This document shows positions 1 through 9,826 of a stretch of 64,000 nt of DNA, piece after piece. The position numbers and the translations under genes are program-made. Numbering within the stretch: the first letter of the stretch is position 1; every line of letters begins with the position of its first letter. The DNA is from Nitrosopumilus sp. (GTDB lineage: Archaea; Thermoproteota; Nitrososphaeria; Nitrososphaerales; Nitrosopumilaceae): NCBI GenBank assembly GCA_965224195.1, contig OZ245040.1:1120001-1184000 (forward strand). The letters are read 5' to 3'. Below the pieces are notes generated by a model, which saw only the letters and a program-made list of their open reading frames with translations, did no database searches and was not told where the DNA came from.

Positions 1-1583
1 ACACATAATTTCATTAATTTGAATTGTTTTTCTGGACTACAAAAAGTATCAACATCATCAAATGAGTTTTGTTGTAACAAACCAATTTTTACCATTCTTG
101 CAACCTCAAGAATTAGTTTTTCTTCATCAGGTAATGCTTCAGGACCTAAGAGTCTGACAATTTCTTTTAGTGTATCTTCTCTTTGTAGAATACCATAAGT
201 TTCACCTCTAATGCTAAACCAATCTTCACTAATGTTTTCAGTCCACCATTTTGCAATATCTGTAAGATAACCAGAATAACTGTTCATCCAGTTAATTGAT
301 GGATAGTGTCTAGAGTATGCAAGTTTTGCATCCAATGCCCAGAAAGTTTTGATAAATCTCATTGTGTGAGTTGTAACTGGTTCTGTAAAGTCACCACCAG
401 ATGGAGATACAGCACCAATCAAAGTAACTGAACCATTACGTTCTGGACTACCAGATGCTTGAACACGACCTGCTCTTTCATAAAATTCTGCTAATCTAGA
501 TGCTAAGTATGACGGATAACCTTCTTCTGCAGGCATCTCTTCTAATCTTCCACTCATTTCTCTAAGTGATTCAGCCCATCTACTTGTAGAATCTGCTACA
601 AGTACAACGTCTTTACCCATATCTCTATAATATTCTGCAATTGTGACACCAGTGTAAATACTTGCTTCTCTTGCTGCTACTGGCATGTTACTTGTATTTG
701 CGACAAGGACAGTTCTATCCATTAATGGTTTTCCACTACGTGGATCTTTAAGATGTGGGAATTCAACTAACACTTCAGTCATTTCGTTTCCTCTTTCACC
801 ACAACCAATGTAAACAACAACTTGAGAATCAGCCCATTTTGCAATTTGGTGCAATGTAACAGTTTTTCCTGTTCCAAATGCTCCAGGAATTGAACCAGTT
901 CCCCCTTTTGCAATTGGGAAGAATGTATCAATGACACGTTGACCGGTTAAGAGCGGTACAGTTGGATCGTGTCTTTTATTGTAAGGACGTGGTTTTCGTA
1001 CAGGCCATTTGTGATACATTTTGACAGGAATTGATTGTCCATCTTTCTCAATAGTAGCCATTACAGTTTCTAAATCATAATCTCCTTCAGATACAAGGTT
1101 TGAAAGTTTTCCACCTACATAATCTGGTGGAAGCATGATAGGGTGGTCTATAAGATCAGTTTCTTTAACAGTTCCAATAACATCTCCTGCTACAACTTCA
1201 TCGCCATTACTTGCAGATGGAATAAAGTGATATTTTTTTGTCATATCAACTGCAGTTGTTGTGATACCCCTTCCAATGAAAGAACCAGATGCTTTAGATA
1301 ATTCTTTTAGCGGTCTTTGAATTCCATCATAAAGTTGTCCAATAATTCCAGGACCTAATAATACACTGAGTGGGTTTCCAGTACCTACCACAGGCTCACC
1401 TGGTTTAAGACCACTTGTTGATTCGTATACTTGAATAAATGCGACCTCTCCGGTTAATCGAATAACTTCGCCTACTAATTTTGAATTACCTACAGTTACA
1501 GTTTCATACATTTTTGCATCAGACATACCATCTGCTTTTACAGCTGGGCCACTTACCCAAACAATTCTACCCTGAGCTGCCAT
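1..1583 (-). CDS. atpA: A/V-type ATP synthase subunit A (3' end beyond window)
   Basis: Minus-strand frame starts ATG at 1583 ([15 protein letters not shown]); Walker [50 protein letters not shown] motifs; follows atpE. Confidence 0.97.
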   Translation of the reverse strand, partial: MAAQGRIVWVSGPAVKADGMSDAKMYETVTVGNSKLVGEVIRLTGEVAFIQVYESTSGLKPGEPVVGTGNPLSVLLGPGIIGQLYDGIQRPLKELSKASGSFIGRGITTTAVDMTKKYHFIPSASNGDEVVAGDVIGTVKETDLIDHPIMLPPDYVGGKLSNLVSEGDYDLETVMATIEKDGQSIPVKMYHKWPVRKPRPYNKRHDPTVPLLTGQRVIDTFFPIAKGGTGSIPGAFGTGKTVTLHQIAKWADSQVVVYIGCGERGNEMTEVLVEFPHLKDPRSGKPLMDRTVLVANTSNMPVAAREASIYTGVTIAEYYRDMGKDVVLVADSTSRWAESLREMSGRLEEMPAEEGYPSYLASRLAEFYERAGRVQASGSPERNGSVTLIGAVSPSGGDFTEPVTTHTMRFIKTFWALDAKLAYSRHYPSINWMNSYSGYLTDIAKWWTENISEDWFSIRGETYGILQREDTLKEIVRLLGPEALPDEEKLILEVARMVKIGLLQQNSFDDVDTFCSPEKQFKLMKLC

Positions 1584-1586
1584 ATT

Positions 1587-2204
1587 CTAATTTCCCACTC
1601 CGAATTTTGCTGCAATATCTTTCCTTATTAAAGGCTTCAGACGTTCAATTCTTGCATCGATCGTGTTATCGAATGTCATTGTACCATCTTTAGATTTCAC
1701 TCTAATTCCTCCAAGACATTCAATTGTTTCAGATGATAACTCAGCTCCTGAAAATTGAAAAATTGTTGATTGGACAACGTCTTTGTCTTTTGCATTTGTG
1801 AAAATTGTTATTTCTGAAGTACCTAAAATTTGAGTTGCCTCTTCAATCAAAGCCTTAATAAGATTTGAATAATCACCACTGCGATCAGCATTTGCAATTT
1901 GCTCTAATGCAGATGTAAATACTCTATCAACTGCTTCCTCTAGAGCCATTAATTGTTTATTTCTGGCTTCAATATCTGAACCTCCTGTGATCTGTTTTTC
2001 AATCTTATCAGCCTCTTTTTTACCATCTGAGATAATTTTATCATATTCACCTTCTAATCTAGGAATAGCATCATCAAGTTTTTGCTGGGATTCATCTAAT
2101 CCAGATTTAATGTTTGTGAGAATATCTTTTTCAGTATTTTTTAGAATTTTGTCAATTGTACTTTCTAATGCAGAATTAGATGCCAATGGGTGCCGTTTAT
2201 CCAT
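1587..2204 (-). CDS. atpE: A/V-type ATP synthase subunit E
   Basis: Coiled-coil N-half, C-terminal GGIRVKSKDGTMTFDNTIDAR motif; directly upstream of atpA; true start may be a few codons downstream. Confidence 0.92.
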   Translation of the reverse strand: MDKRHPLASNSALESTIDKILKNTEKDILTNIKSGLDESQQKLDDAIPRLEGEYDKIISDGKKEADKIEKQITGGSDIEARNKQLMALEEAVDRVFTSALEQIANADRSGDYSNLIKALIEEATQILGTSEITIFTNAKDKDVVQSTIFQFSGAELSSETIECLGGIRVKSKDGTMTFDNTIDARIERLKPLIRKDIAAKFGVGN

Positions 2205-2273
2205 AATGGATTTTAATGTTTGGGATGAGAATCAGAAAGATATTAAACTCAATGAAAGTACCCAAAATTTGTC

Positions 2274-4373
2274 TTGGGAACAGCCGATCTAAAACTAGGA
2301 ACCGTAATTTTACCAAGAAGTGAGTCGCCAAAAGCAATTTCTAGACTAACAGAGTTTGAGTGGTATCACAAAATTGATTCTGCTGATGATTTAGTTACGC
2401 CTGAAATTGATGATTTACTACTAAAAGCACAGCAAACTTACCAATCCATTGATGATGTCATCAAAGGAATGGGGATTCCTCTAGAAGTAGGAATTATGGA
2501 GATTTTGTTCAAAGGTACTGTAATCAAGAAAAAAGACTATGAGATTAATGAAATTGAAGATATGGTAGAGCAGATTACTAAAGAATCTCCATCAATTATT
2601 GATAAACCAGCATCACTGTTAGAAGAAGCCGCAACTGCAAGAGTTTCCATTGAGGAATACAAGTCTCTCAAAGATACCTTAGAAGTAATCAGAAAAATGA
2701 AGATGGATATTTCTGGATTTGGTTTAATGAGACACTTTTTTACAAATCTCTTTGTGATTAATTCTGCTGACTTTGATGAGATTAACCGTTCACTTGAAGG
2801 CATTACAGTTTACAAATATGATTTAGAGAATAAAGAAAAAGCAGCAATCTTAGTAATTTCAGATACTACTGATTCTGAAAAAGTTTTAAAAGTTTTAAGA
2901 AGTTTCAATTCAAACTCATTTAAAATTCCAGAAGGATTTCCTCAAATTCCTAGTGATGCATATGCATTAGCAGAATCAAAAATTAAAGAACTAGAAACAA
3001 AACAAGCTTCAATTAAAAAAGAATTAGGAAAAATTACAAAGAAAATTAGACGAGATATTCTAGCACTTCATGAGAAATCACAAGTTGCAAAAGATGTTCT
3101 TGAGACTTTGAGAAAACCTGGAGGAACAAAAAACTTTGCAGTGATTCAGGGCTTTATTCCAAAGAAGATGGAAGCAAAATTCACAGAATCAACTAAACAA
3201 TGGATGTCAGTTGTTGAGGACATCACAGATCCTAAACTAAAAGAAGAGATTCCAACCTTATTTGACAATAAACGATTTGTTAGAACTTTTGAAGTGATCA
3301 CAAAAAGTCAAGGTATTCCAAAGGCCGGAGAGCCAGATCCAACGCCTATGATTGCCCTAATGTGGCCAATTTTCTACGGATTGATGTTTGCAGATATGGG
3401 TCACGGATTATTACTTATGGCATTAGGATTACTATTCAAATTCAAAGGACAAGGCGAGCTATCAAAATGGGGAATGCTCATTGCAATCTCTGGTGCATCA
3501 GCAGCTATTGCTGGTGTAGGCGCAGGAGAAGCGTTTGGTTTCCATCTTGATCATATGGGTCCATTTGAAGGATTGTTAGAAGAAGGTGGAGCATTACATT
3601 CTGTTAGTTGGTTAGTTGGAATTCTCAGTGTTGCTGAATTAACATTTGATCAAGTAATCAATATTCTCAAAGTTTCATTATTCATTGGAATTGTACATTT
3701 AGTTTGGGCAATGACTCTACGTGTAATTAGATTAGCAAAAGAAGGGCACAAGATGGTAGTCTTTACTGAAGCAATTCCAAACATTGCACTTTACGGAGGA
3801 ATTGTTGTTATCATGATGTGTGCAATTGGTTCACAATATGATGTGATGAACATGTATTCCAAAGTTCATACAGAATCTGTTCCTTGGGTTACAATGTTCT
3901 TAGGAGATTGGGCACAAGTTTGGATTATTACAAGAATTTCAATTATTATCGTAATTGCATCAATGGCAATCATGATGGTTGGTGGTGTAATGCATGCAAA
4001 GAAACATCCTGAAGATGGAGCGGATCCTGCAAGTGTCATCATGGAAGTTCTCTTAGGTAAAACAGTAGAGAGTTTAGCTCACACAATTAGTTATGCTCGG
4101 CTTGGAATTATGTTACTTGTACATGCGGCTTTGCTGATGACAGTAAACAATGCGTTCACATCATTAGGTGGTTCTGAATCAGGTGCTGCAATGGTCATGA
4201 TCATTGGAGGTAACTTAGGAATTATGATGATTGAAGGATTAATTGTGTATATCCAGTCACTCAGATTGCACTTGTATGAATTCTTTACAAAATGGTACGT
4301 AGGTGGTGCACAACCATTTAGACAAATTAGACCAGAGTTGATTTACAATCAATTCATTTGGAAGAAAAAATAG
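2274..4373 (+). CDS. atpI: A/V-type ATP synthase subunit I (a)
   Basis: 699 aa; DPTP..FYGLMFADMGHG, SYARL and QSLRLHLYEFFTKWY motifs; hydrophobic C-half. Confidence 0.96.
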   Translation: MGTADLKLGTVILPRSESPKAISRLTEFEWYHKIDSADDLVTPEIDDLLLKAQQTYQSIDDVIKGMGIPLEVGIMEILFKGTVIKKKDYEINEIEDMVEQITKESPSIIDKPASLLEEAATARVSIEEYKSLKDTLEVIRKMKMDISGFGLMRHFFTNLFVINSADFDEINRSLEGITVYKYDLENKEKAAILVISDTTDSEKVLKVLRSFNSNSFKIPEGFPQIPSDAYALAESKIKELETKQASIKKELGKITKKIRRDILALHEKSQVAKDVLETLRKPGGTKNFAVIQGFIPKKMEAKFTESTKQWMSVVEDITDPKLKEEIPTLFDNKRFVRTFEVITKSQGIPKAGEPDPTPMIALMWPIFYGLMFADMGHGLLLMALGLLFKFKGQGELSKWGMLIAISGASAAIAGVGAGEAFGFHLDHMGPFEGLLEEGGALHSVSWLVGILSVAELTFDQVINILKVSLFIGIVHLVWAMTLRVIRLAKEGHKMVVFTEAIPNIALYGGIVVIMMCAIGSQYDVMNMYSKVHTESVPWVTMFLGDWAQVWIITRISIIIVIASMAIMMVGGVMHAKKHPEDGADPASVIMEVLLGKTVESLAHTISYARLGIMLLVHAALLMTVNNAFTSLGGSESGAAMVMIIGGNLGIMMIEGLIVYIQSLRLHLYEFFTKWYVGGAQPFRQIRPELIYNQFIWKKK

Positions 4374-4385
4374 AATTAGAAAAAT

Positions 4386-5180
4386 CTAATCATTTTCATA
4401 AAGATTTATTGTAACTTTTGTAGTCCACGGTTTTAGATTATCAGGAAAGATTACTAGTAAACCACTATCTTTTTTGATATTTTCACAGGTTCCACTATAG
4501 CTTTGTTTGTTTATTCCATAGCAACCAGAGTCTGTGTAATAATCAAATTTTGAATTTACAAAGTTTTCACGTTCTTCAGATGATGGAACAAAATATACAT
4601 CAAAACCCAAATTTTTATTGTCAGTTTTTACACTATAATTGTATGATGTGGTATCCTGTGAAGTACAAATTGGGAAAAATTGCACATATCCATTTTTAAT
4701 TTTTAGTTGCTGCTCTGAATTATCATAATTTTTGTTCTCAATGTCGGGATATACAGAAACGCTAGGATCTGTACTTAGCTGTTGTCCTTGGACATATTCT
4801 ATTTCATGTCTTACAGTATCTATGGCTTTTCTATACAACATTGGTTGCCATTCTTCTTGACAATCGCTGAATTCATGTTTTAATTCAACATATGATTTGT
4901 CATTGATTTTATGAAGTTGGTTTGTGTTGTATTCTTTAGATTCAGCATCAAAGACATGATTAACGTTATTGATTTTATCTGATTCATGCCAAGTATTTGT
5001 TACTTCAAAAATAATATTCTTTGAATCACTTTGCCATTCAGATAACAAGTGAACATACACTGAATACTTGTTTACAACTTCTTGGGTTTCAGATGCAAAA
5101 ATCAAATGTCCAAAAAACATATTTACAAAAATTATGGAAAATACAAGAACTGGAATTATGGCATAGAGAATTTTATTCAT
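4386..5180 (-). CDS. Secreted/membrane-anchored hypothetical protein
   Basis: Long ORF; probable start MNKILYAIIPVLVF at 5180 gives an N-terminal hydrophobic segment. Confidence 0.7.
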   Translation of the reverse strand: MNKILYAIIPVLVFSIIFVNMFFGHLIFASETQEVVNKYSVYVHLLSEWQSDSKNIIFEVTNTWHESDKINNVNHVFDAESKEYNTNQLHKINDKSYVELKHEFSDCQEEWQPMLYRKAIDTVRHEIEYVQGQQLSTDPSVSVYPDIENKNYDNSEQQLKIKNGYVQFFPICTSQDTTSYNYSVKTDNKNLGFDVYFVPSSEERENFVNSKFDYYTDSGCYGINKQSYSGTCENIKKDSGLLVIFPDNLKPWTTKVTINLYEND

Positions 5181-5297
5181 TTTGACCTCCAAAACAACAA
5201 AATGATAATCCACAAGACGTGCACAAAAATTGATTGTCCTGAGACCTAATTTCTTTTGAACTGCATTTGGGACATTTTTGGTTGTCAATCATTGCTG

Positions 5298-5780
5298 TCA
5301 TTTTCTTTCCTCCAATTTCGGTTTGAACATAAGACCAATTACTGCACCAAAAACAATATGTCTAAACATAGTCATTGCTGGAACTTCTGGAGATATGTTG
5401 AGTTCTGCTATTCCTGCACCTAATGCAGGTAACATTCCAAACCAAACTGTTGTAACAGTTACAAGCATACCAAAAATTATTCCATGTAACCATATTCTAC
5501 TTTGCATAATTCTAGTAGAAATTGACAAGAAAATATATCCAAAGAATAATGTCAAACCTATACCATTAGAGATATGAAAAAGCTTGCCAATTATTATAGA
5601 AGATTCATGTTCTCCTACAACTAACATTCCAAGTACTGCTGAAATATCAAGTGGTACACCTGTAATTTCCATATCTACGTATGCTGCTATGTAAAAAGAA
5701 AAAGTTGCCACTAGTCCAGTAATGATTAGACTAGAAAATTTTTGATTTGTGTAAAAAGAAATTTTCATCATATTCATCAC
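5298..5780 (-). CDS. Integral membrane protein (4 TM, DUF1440/DUF6789-like)
   Basis: Four hydrophobic segments with conserved-looking His residues (FHISNG, RHIVFG); ATGA overlap with upstream gene. Confidence 0.7.
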   Translation of the reverse strand: MMNMMKISFYTNQKFSSLIITGLVATFSFYIAAYVDMEITGVPLDISAVLGMLVVGEHESSIIIGKLFHISNGIGLTLFFGYIFLSISTRIMQSRIWLHGIIFGMLVTVTTVWFGMLPALGAGIAELNISPEVPAMTMFRHIVFGAVIGLMFKPKLEERK

Positions 5781-6085
5781 TCTATTTTTTTAAGGTACTC
5801 CACTGCTTGTGCGGTTGTCCATAATGGAACAATTTTTGTTGCATTAAATTTTGCAACATTAGTCTCTACCATAAGATCCCAAATTACATGTGCACCAGGA
5901 GCTTCAACTATCCATTCAAAGGTATGTTCTAAACCAGAATGATACATTGATAAGACTTTGATTCCTTTTGCGTTTGCATCTTTTTCAAAAGTAGAACCCG
6001 CTTCTATTAGCAATTTTCTGTTTTCTTTATTGTTTAATGGACATGCTTCAGTTGTATGACTACCATAGATTCCATAGGTTCCCAT
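5777..6085 (-). CDS. Small hypothetical protein (GYD/DUF3303-like ferredoxin fold)
   Basis: H-x4-CP N-terminus, EHTFEWIVEA, TKIVP pattern; coupled to downstream membrane gene. Confidence 0.65.
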   Translation of the reverse strand: MGTYGIYGSHTTEACPLNNKENRKLLIEAGSTFEKDANAKGIKVLSMYHSGLEHTFEWIVEAPGAHVIWDLMVETNVAKFNATKIVPLWTTAQAVEYLKKIE

Positions 6086-6123
6086 TGCTTGTTGTGTTGT
6101 ATTTTCTATAATCTTCTATAACT

Positions 6124-6232
6124 AAAATTGATAATATTGTACACGGAAGAAAATTTTGTTTAAAATTTCCGATTTGGTAGTGGTTTTGGCCTGATTTAAG
6201 AACAAATGCCTTTGTATTTTCCGAACTGGAAA
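6124..6232. promoter_or_regulatory. Divergent promoter region with TTCC-N5-GGWA operator-like sites (copy 1)
   Basis: AAAATTGATAATA 6124-6136, TAAAATTTCCGATTTGGTAGT 6161-6181, TTTCCGAACTGGAAA 6218-6232; same blocks recur at 8335-8444. Confidence 0.65.
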
Positions 6233-6263
6233 TAAATAAAATCTAGTATGACACAATGACCAC

Positions 6264-7246
6264 ATGACAGATGAAATTGATAAAATCATTTTATCGCATC
6301 TAGGGAAAAATGCAAGGATTTCATCCCAAAACATTGCAAAAAATCTTCAAGATTTAGGATATACCATTACTGATAGAGCAATAAGACAAAGACTAGCAAG
6401 ATTGGAAAAAAATGATGTGATATTAGGCTATTCTGTAATTTTAAATCCCAATATCGTTTCAGAAAAAATTAATCGAACTATACTGCTAAAATTCAAACGT
6501 AATGAAAAAACAGATGAGCTTACTAATCTACTAATCAAATATGTGGAAGAATCAAATTTTTGTATTTATTCAAGTAAATTAAGTGGGGATTTTGATTGAA
6601 TATGTCATTTTGTATTTGATTCTATTGAACAATATGATTTAGAATCACATAATTTACTAAATAGATTTAGTAATTTGATTTCTGACTTTCGTTCTTATGA
6701 ATCAAAAACTATCAAATCTTCCCCTTACATGATTTATGGTGAAGATGAAGATGAAGAAAAGAAAGCACAAGTGTATAAAATTTTAAAAGCATTAAAGAAA
6801 CATGATAATATCAATGATAGATTACAAGCAATTACTGATAGTCTGATAAAATATTTTGATGGGTATTTTGCACGATTATGGTTTGTTGATAAAGATAGAA
6901 AAAATTTGATTTTAAAATTTAGTGCAGGTAAATACAAGAATATTGAAGGAGATTTGCCAAAGTTTCTATCGATTCGTTAAAGATAGGACCAGTAGTAAAA
7001 ACACGAAAAGCTGTAGTTACAAATGATGTAGCAAATGATCCCAGAATTAAACATCATGATTGGGCAAAAAAAGAGAAATTAAAATCATTTGCAGCATATC
7101 CTCTAGTCTATAAGAAAAAGTCTATTGCAGTACTGGCAATGTTTAGCAAAAAGAAACTTACACATGTAGATTTTGAGATTTTAGGTATATTTTGTGACCA
7201 ATTATCTAAAGAACTAACTGGCTTTTTTGAGGCTAAAGATTTCTAA
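6264..7246 (+). pseudogene. Lrp/AsnC HTH regulator fused to C-terminal GAF domain, disrupted
   Basis: HTH (DKIILSHLGKNARISS..AIRQRLARLEKNDVILGY); in-frame TGA 6597-6599 in context DFD*ICHF; 1-nt frameshift near 6955, after which a GAF-like frame continues (VVTNDVANDPRIKHHDWAKKEKLKSFAAYPLVY) to TAA 7244-7246. Confidence 0.85.
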
Positions 7247-7281
7247 TCTGAATAAAAAGAAAGAAAGGCCATTTGGCCAAT

Positions 7282-8331
7282 CTATTGTACAGAGTTTACA
7301 AATTCTCTCATTTGTTTTGCAACAAAGTCAAGGTTTTCTTCAAATACAAAGTGACCTGTATCAAGGAGATGTTTTTCTACATTCTCTAAATCACGTTCAT
7401 ACTGGTGTGCACCGCTTGCAGGGAAAATGTAGTCATTTTCGCCCCATACAATTAATGCTGGTGGTTGATGTTCACGTAATGACTCTTGCCATTGAGGATA
7501 CAATGGAACGTTTGTTCTGTAGTCATATGCCATTGCAAGTTGAATTGCAACGTTTCTTGGTCTAGCAAGTCCTGCTTGATCTGTAGTCCATGTTACAGGA
7601 TCAACTGCTTCTGGATTTCTCATTCCAAATTGATATTGCCACTGAGTAGTTTCTGGTGCTACTAAGTAGTGTAATTTGGATTCATTTTCTAGAGTTGGAT
7701 CATTCCACCAAACTTTCCAATCATCCCAAAATTCTTCTAATCCTTCATCGTAAGCATTTGCGTTTTGTATTACAAATCCTTGGACTTTTTCTGGATTGTT
7801 ATCAAAGAGTCTGAATCCTACTGGTCCACCATAGTCCATTACATAGAGAGGGTATTGATCTAGTTCTAATTTCTCTGTAAACTGTTCTACGATTTGTGTC
7901 TGATGATCAAATGTATATTCAAACTTATCAGTTGTTGGCATTGAACTTCTTCCATAACCTATCATGTCAGGTGCGATAACATGGAATTCATCTGCTAATT
8001 CTGGAACAAGATTTCTAAACATGTGTGAAGATGTTGGAAATCCGTGTAACAGTAATATTGTTGGTGCGTCAGAAGATCCTGCTTCCAAATAAAAAACGTC
8101 GAGGCCTTCAATTTTTATTGTTTTTTCTGCTACAGTAATTGCATTTACTTCAGAACATAAAACTCCGCCACAGACAATGTTGTCTGTTGCTGATCCATAT
8201 TTGAGTAATGGATTTCCTACGGATTTTAGTTCTGATGCGTCATCAATTAGAGCAGGAGTAATGGCCATTGTCAAAGACAATATTGCAACCAAACTCATGA
8301 TTGTTGATTTGTTATTCATGAAGTAATTCAA
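7282..8331 (-). CDS. Secreted alpha/beta hydrolase (haloalkane dehalogenase/epoxide hydrolase-like)
   Basis: LLLHGFPTSSHMFR, APDMIGYGRS, nucleophile MDYGG, VWGEND, DTGHF; N-terminal signal peptide. Confidence 0.9.
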   Translation of the reverse strand: MNYFMNNKSTIMSLVAILSLTMAITPALIDDASELKSVGNPLLKYGSATDNIVCGGVLCSEVNAITVAEKTIKIEGLDVFYLEAGSSDAPTILLLHGFPTSSHMFRNLVPELADEFHVIAPDMIGYGRSSMPTTDKFEYTFDHQTQIVEQFTEKLELDQYPLYVMDYGGPVGFRLFDNNPEKVQGFVIQNANAYDEGLEEFWDDWKVWWNDPTLENESKLHYLVAPETTQWQYQFGMRNPEAVDPVTWTTDQAGLARPRNVAIQLAMAYDYRTNVPLYPQWQESLREHQPPALIVWGENDYIFPASGAHQYERDLENVEKHLLDTGHFVFEENLDFVAKQMREFVNSVQ

Positions 8332-8334
8332 TAC

Positions 8335-8444
8335 AAAATTGATAATAGTCTCCTCGGAAAGGAAATTGAATCTAAAATTTCCGATTTGGTAGTATTTTCA
8401 GCATGAAGTCACTCTAAAAATACCCACAATTTCCAAATTGGAAA
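8335..8444. promoter_or_regulatory. Promoter region with TTCC-N5-GGWA operator-like sites (copy 2)
   Basis: AAAATTGATAATA 8335-8347, identical 21-mer 8373-8393, near-palindrome TTTCCAAATTGGAAA 8430-8444. Confidence 0.65.
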
Positions 8445-8501
8445 ATTAAATTACAAATTTTCAAGGTTTAAATCCGTAAAGGCTTGGACCTTTCTTATTT
8501 C

Positions 8502-9390
8502 CAACTAATCCCAAAACTAACCGTTTAGGCAAATTTTGATGATCATCGGGATCTGTCTGCATTAACACCAACACTCATTTTCATGAAATTCACAGAAATG
8601 ACAGATTCGCAATGGAACACAACAAGGCCACATCTGCCAAGACCGGCAAGTACTGGCAGGCAAAGTGCAGACGACAGGACCACAATTGATGCAATAATGT
8701 TTGTACTGATTACGGGCTGCAGATGGATTGACCTGCCTTCAAGGTATGGCTCCAAATCATCTGCACACAGGAGATTCCAAAATCTGCAGCAGAAAGGAAT
8801 TTGAAAAAAGATTCTCAGATGTGCAATAAAATCAGCATACAAGCAAAACAAGATTAACATGCAGAAAATATCAGCTGACTCGTCAACAATCCACAATAAA
8901 AAAGGGGGGCGACGTAACTGGATATGACGGATTCAAGAAGATTCTAGGCACAAAGATACATGTTGCAGCAGAGCAAAACGGATTGCCAATATCAATTGTA
9001 ATGAGTACTGCAAATATTCATGACAGTACAAAATTCATTGATGTCATGCAAAACATTTCAGAGTTTTTGGATGATGATGAGATGGCAGAAGGGACTGTTT
9101 CAGTCCATGCAGAGAAGGGCCATGATGCAAGATGCATCAGAGACTATCTGAGATGCAACGGAATGGGGTGGCTGGCTGCATTCCATACAGGAATAATTCC
9201 AAGCTTGTTGTGCCAAAAAACATGCAAAGCAATTACAGCAGGACCATGTTTGTAGTGGAGAGATTCTTTGCATGGCTCAAGTGTGGATTTAGAAGAACTG
9301 CCATAAGATATGAAAGGAACTGCGAGAACCATCTTGGACTTGTTTACCTGGCATCAATTATGATGTACTGGATAGTATTGGGATGAGTTG
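8502..9390 (+). mobile_element. IS5-family insertion sequence (IS427-like two-ORF type), decayed
   Basis: 18-bp TIRs CAACTAATCCCAAAACTA (8502-8519) / TAGTATTGGGATGAGTTG (9373-9390), 16/18 match; encloses transposase remnants. Confidence 0.88.
8583..9386 (+). pseudogene. IS5-family transposase, disrupted
   Basis: MTDSQW..TGCRWIDLPSRYG N-domain; premature TGA 8802-8804; A6G6 slippery run 8898-8909; GTKIHVA and VVERFFAWLK..RRTAIRYER; further frameshift near 9165. Confidence 0.88.
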
Positions 9391-9509
9391 TATAAAGAAT
9401 TGTTTATGACTCATTTTGTTGAGATATCCAACAATTTTCATATCTAAAATTCCATTAGATTGTGTATAGATTACAAGTTCAAAATGTTTAAAGTAACTTG
9501 ATTAACAAA

Positions 9510-9636
9510 AATAACTATGACAAAAGAGATTGAATCAAAGATTCGAGAATCAAACATCGTTTTTGCTCCCTCATTGCCACGACCAAGAATAACTATGACA
9601 AAAGAGATTGAATCAAAGATTCGAGAATCAAACATC
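9510..9636 (+). repeat. 49-bp perfect direct repeat flanking a 29-bp insert
   Basis: AATAACTATGACAAAAGAGATTGAATCAAAGATTCGAGAATCAAACATC at 9510-9558 and 9588-9636. Confidence 0.95.
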
Positions 9637-9780
9637 ACTAATGCTGAATTAATTGCACATTTTAGAGAGAAATGTAAGATTTGTGGCCATCATCGAATTA
9701 TGCACAATGAACTAGGTGTATGTGAAGGTGTAATGAACAAGCCATGTACATCTGGCTGTGATCTGTTTGAAGCAGAATAA
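9517..9780 (+). CDS. Small Cys/His-rich metal-binding protein with duplicated N-terminus
   Basis: CKICGHHRIMH..C..CTSGC; ancestral-length version can start at the second ATG (9595). Confidence 0.75.
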   Translation: MTKEIESKIRESNIVFAPSLPRPRITMTKEIESKIRESNITNAELIAHFREKCKICGHHRIMHNELGVCEGVMNKPCTSGCDLFEAE

Positions 9781-9826
9781 AGGATATTTTCCAATTCTTT
9801 AATAGGATATTTTTTGTAATTCCTCT

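Noticed and set aside
1-4373. Divergent atpI versus atpE-A as an unusual rearrangement
   Set aside because: As far as I recall this split layout is the normal one in neutrophilic Nitrosopumilus-type genomes
6597-6599. Selenocysteine/pyrrolysine readthrough of in-frame TGA/TAG codons (6597, 8802, 21283)
   Set aside because: Contexts fit Trp/Gln codons mutated to stops; two of the three genes also carry frameshifts; no SECIS-like element seen
9559-9587. Insert derived from the IS1595 transposase region near 28701-28722 (shared GTTTTTG and TGCCACGA)
   Set aside because: Two short blocks with differing spacing; could easily be chance
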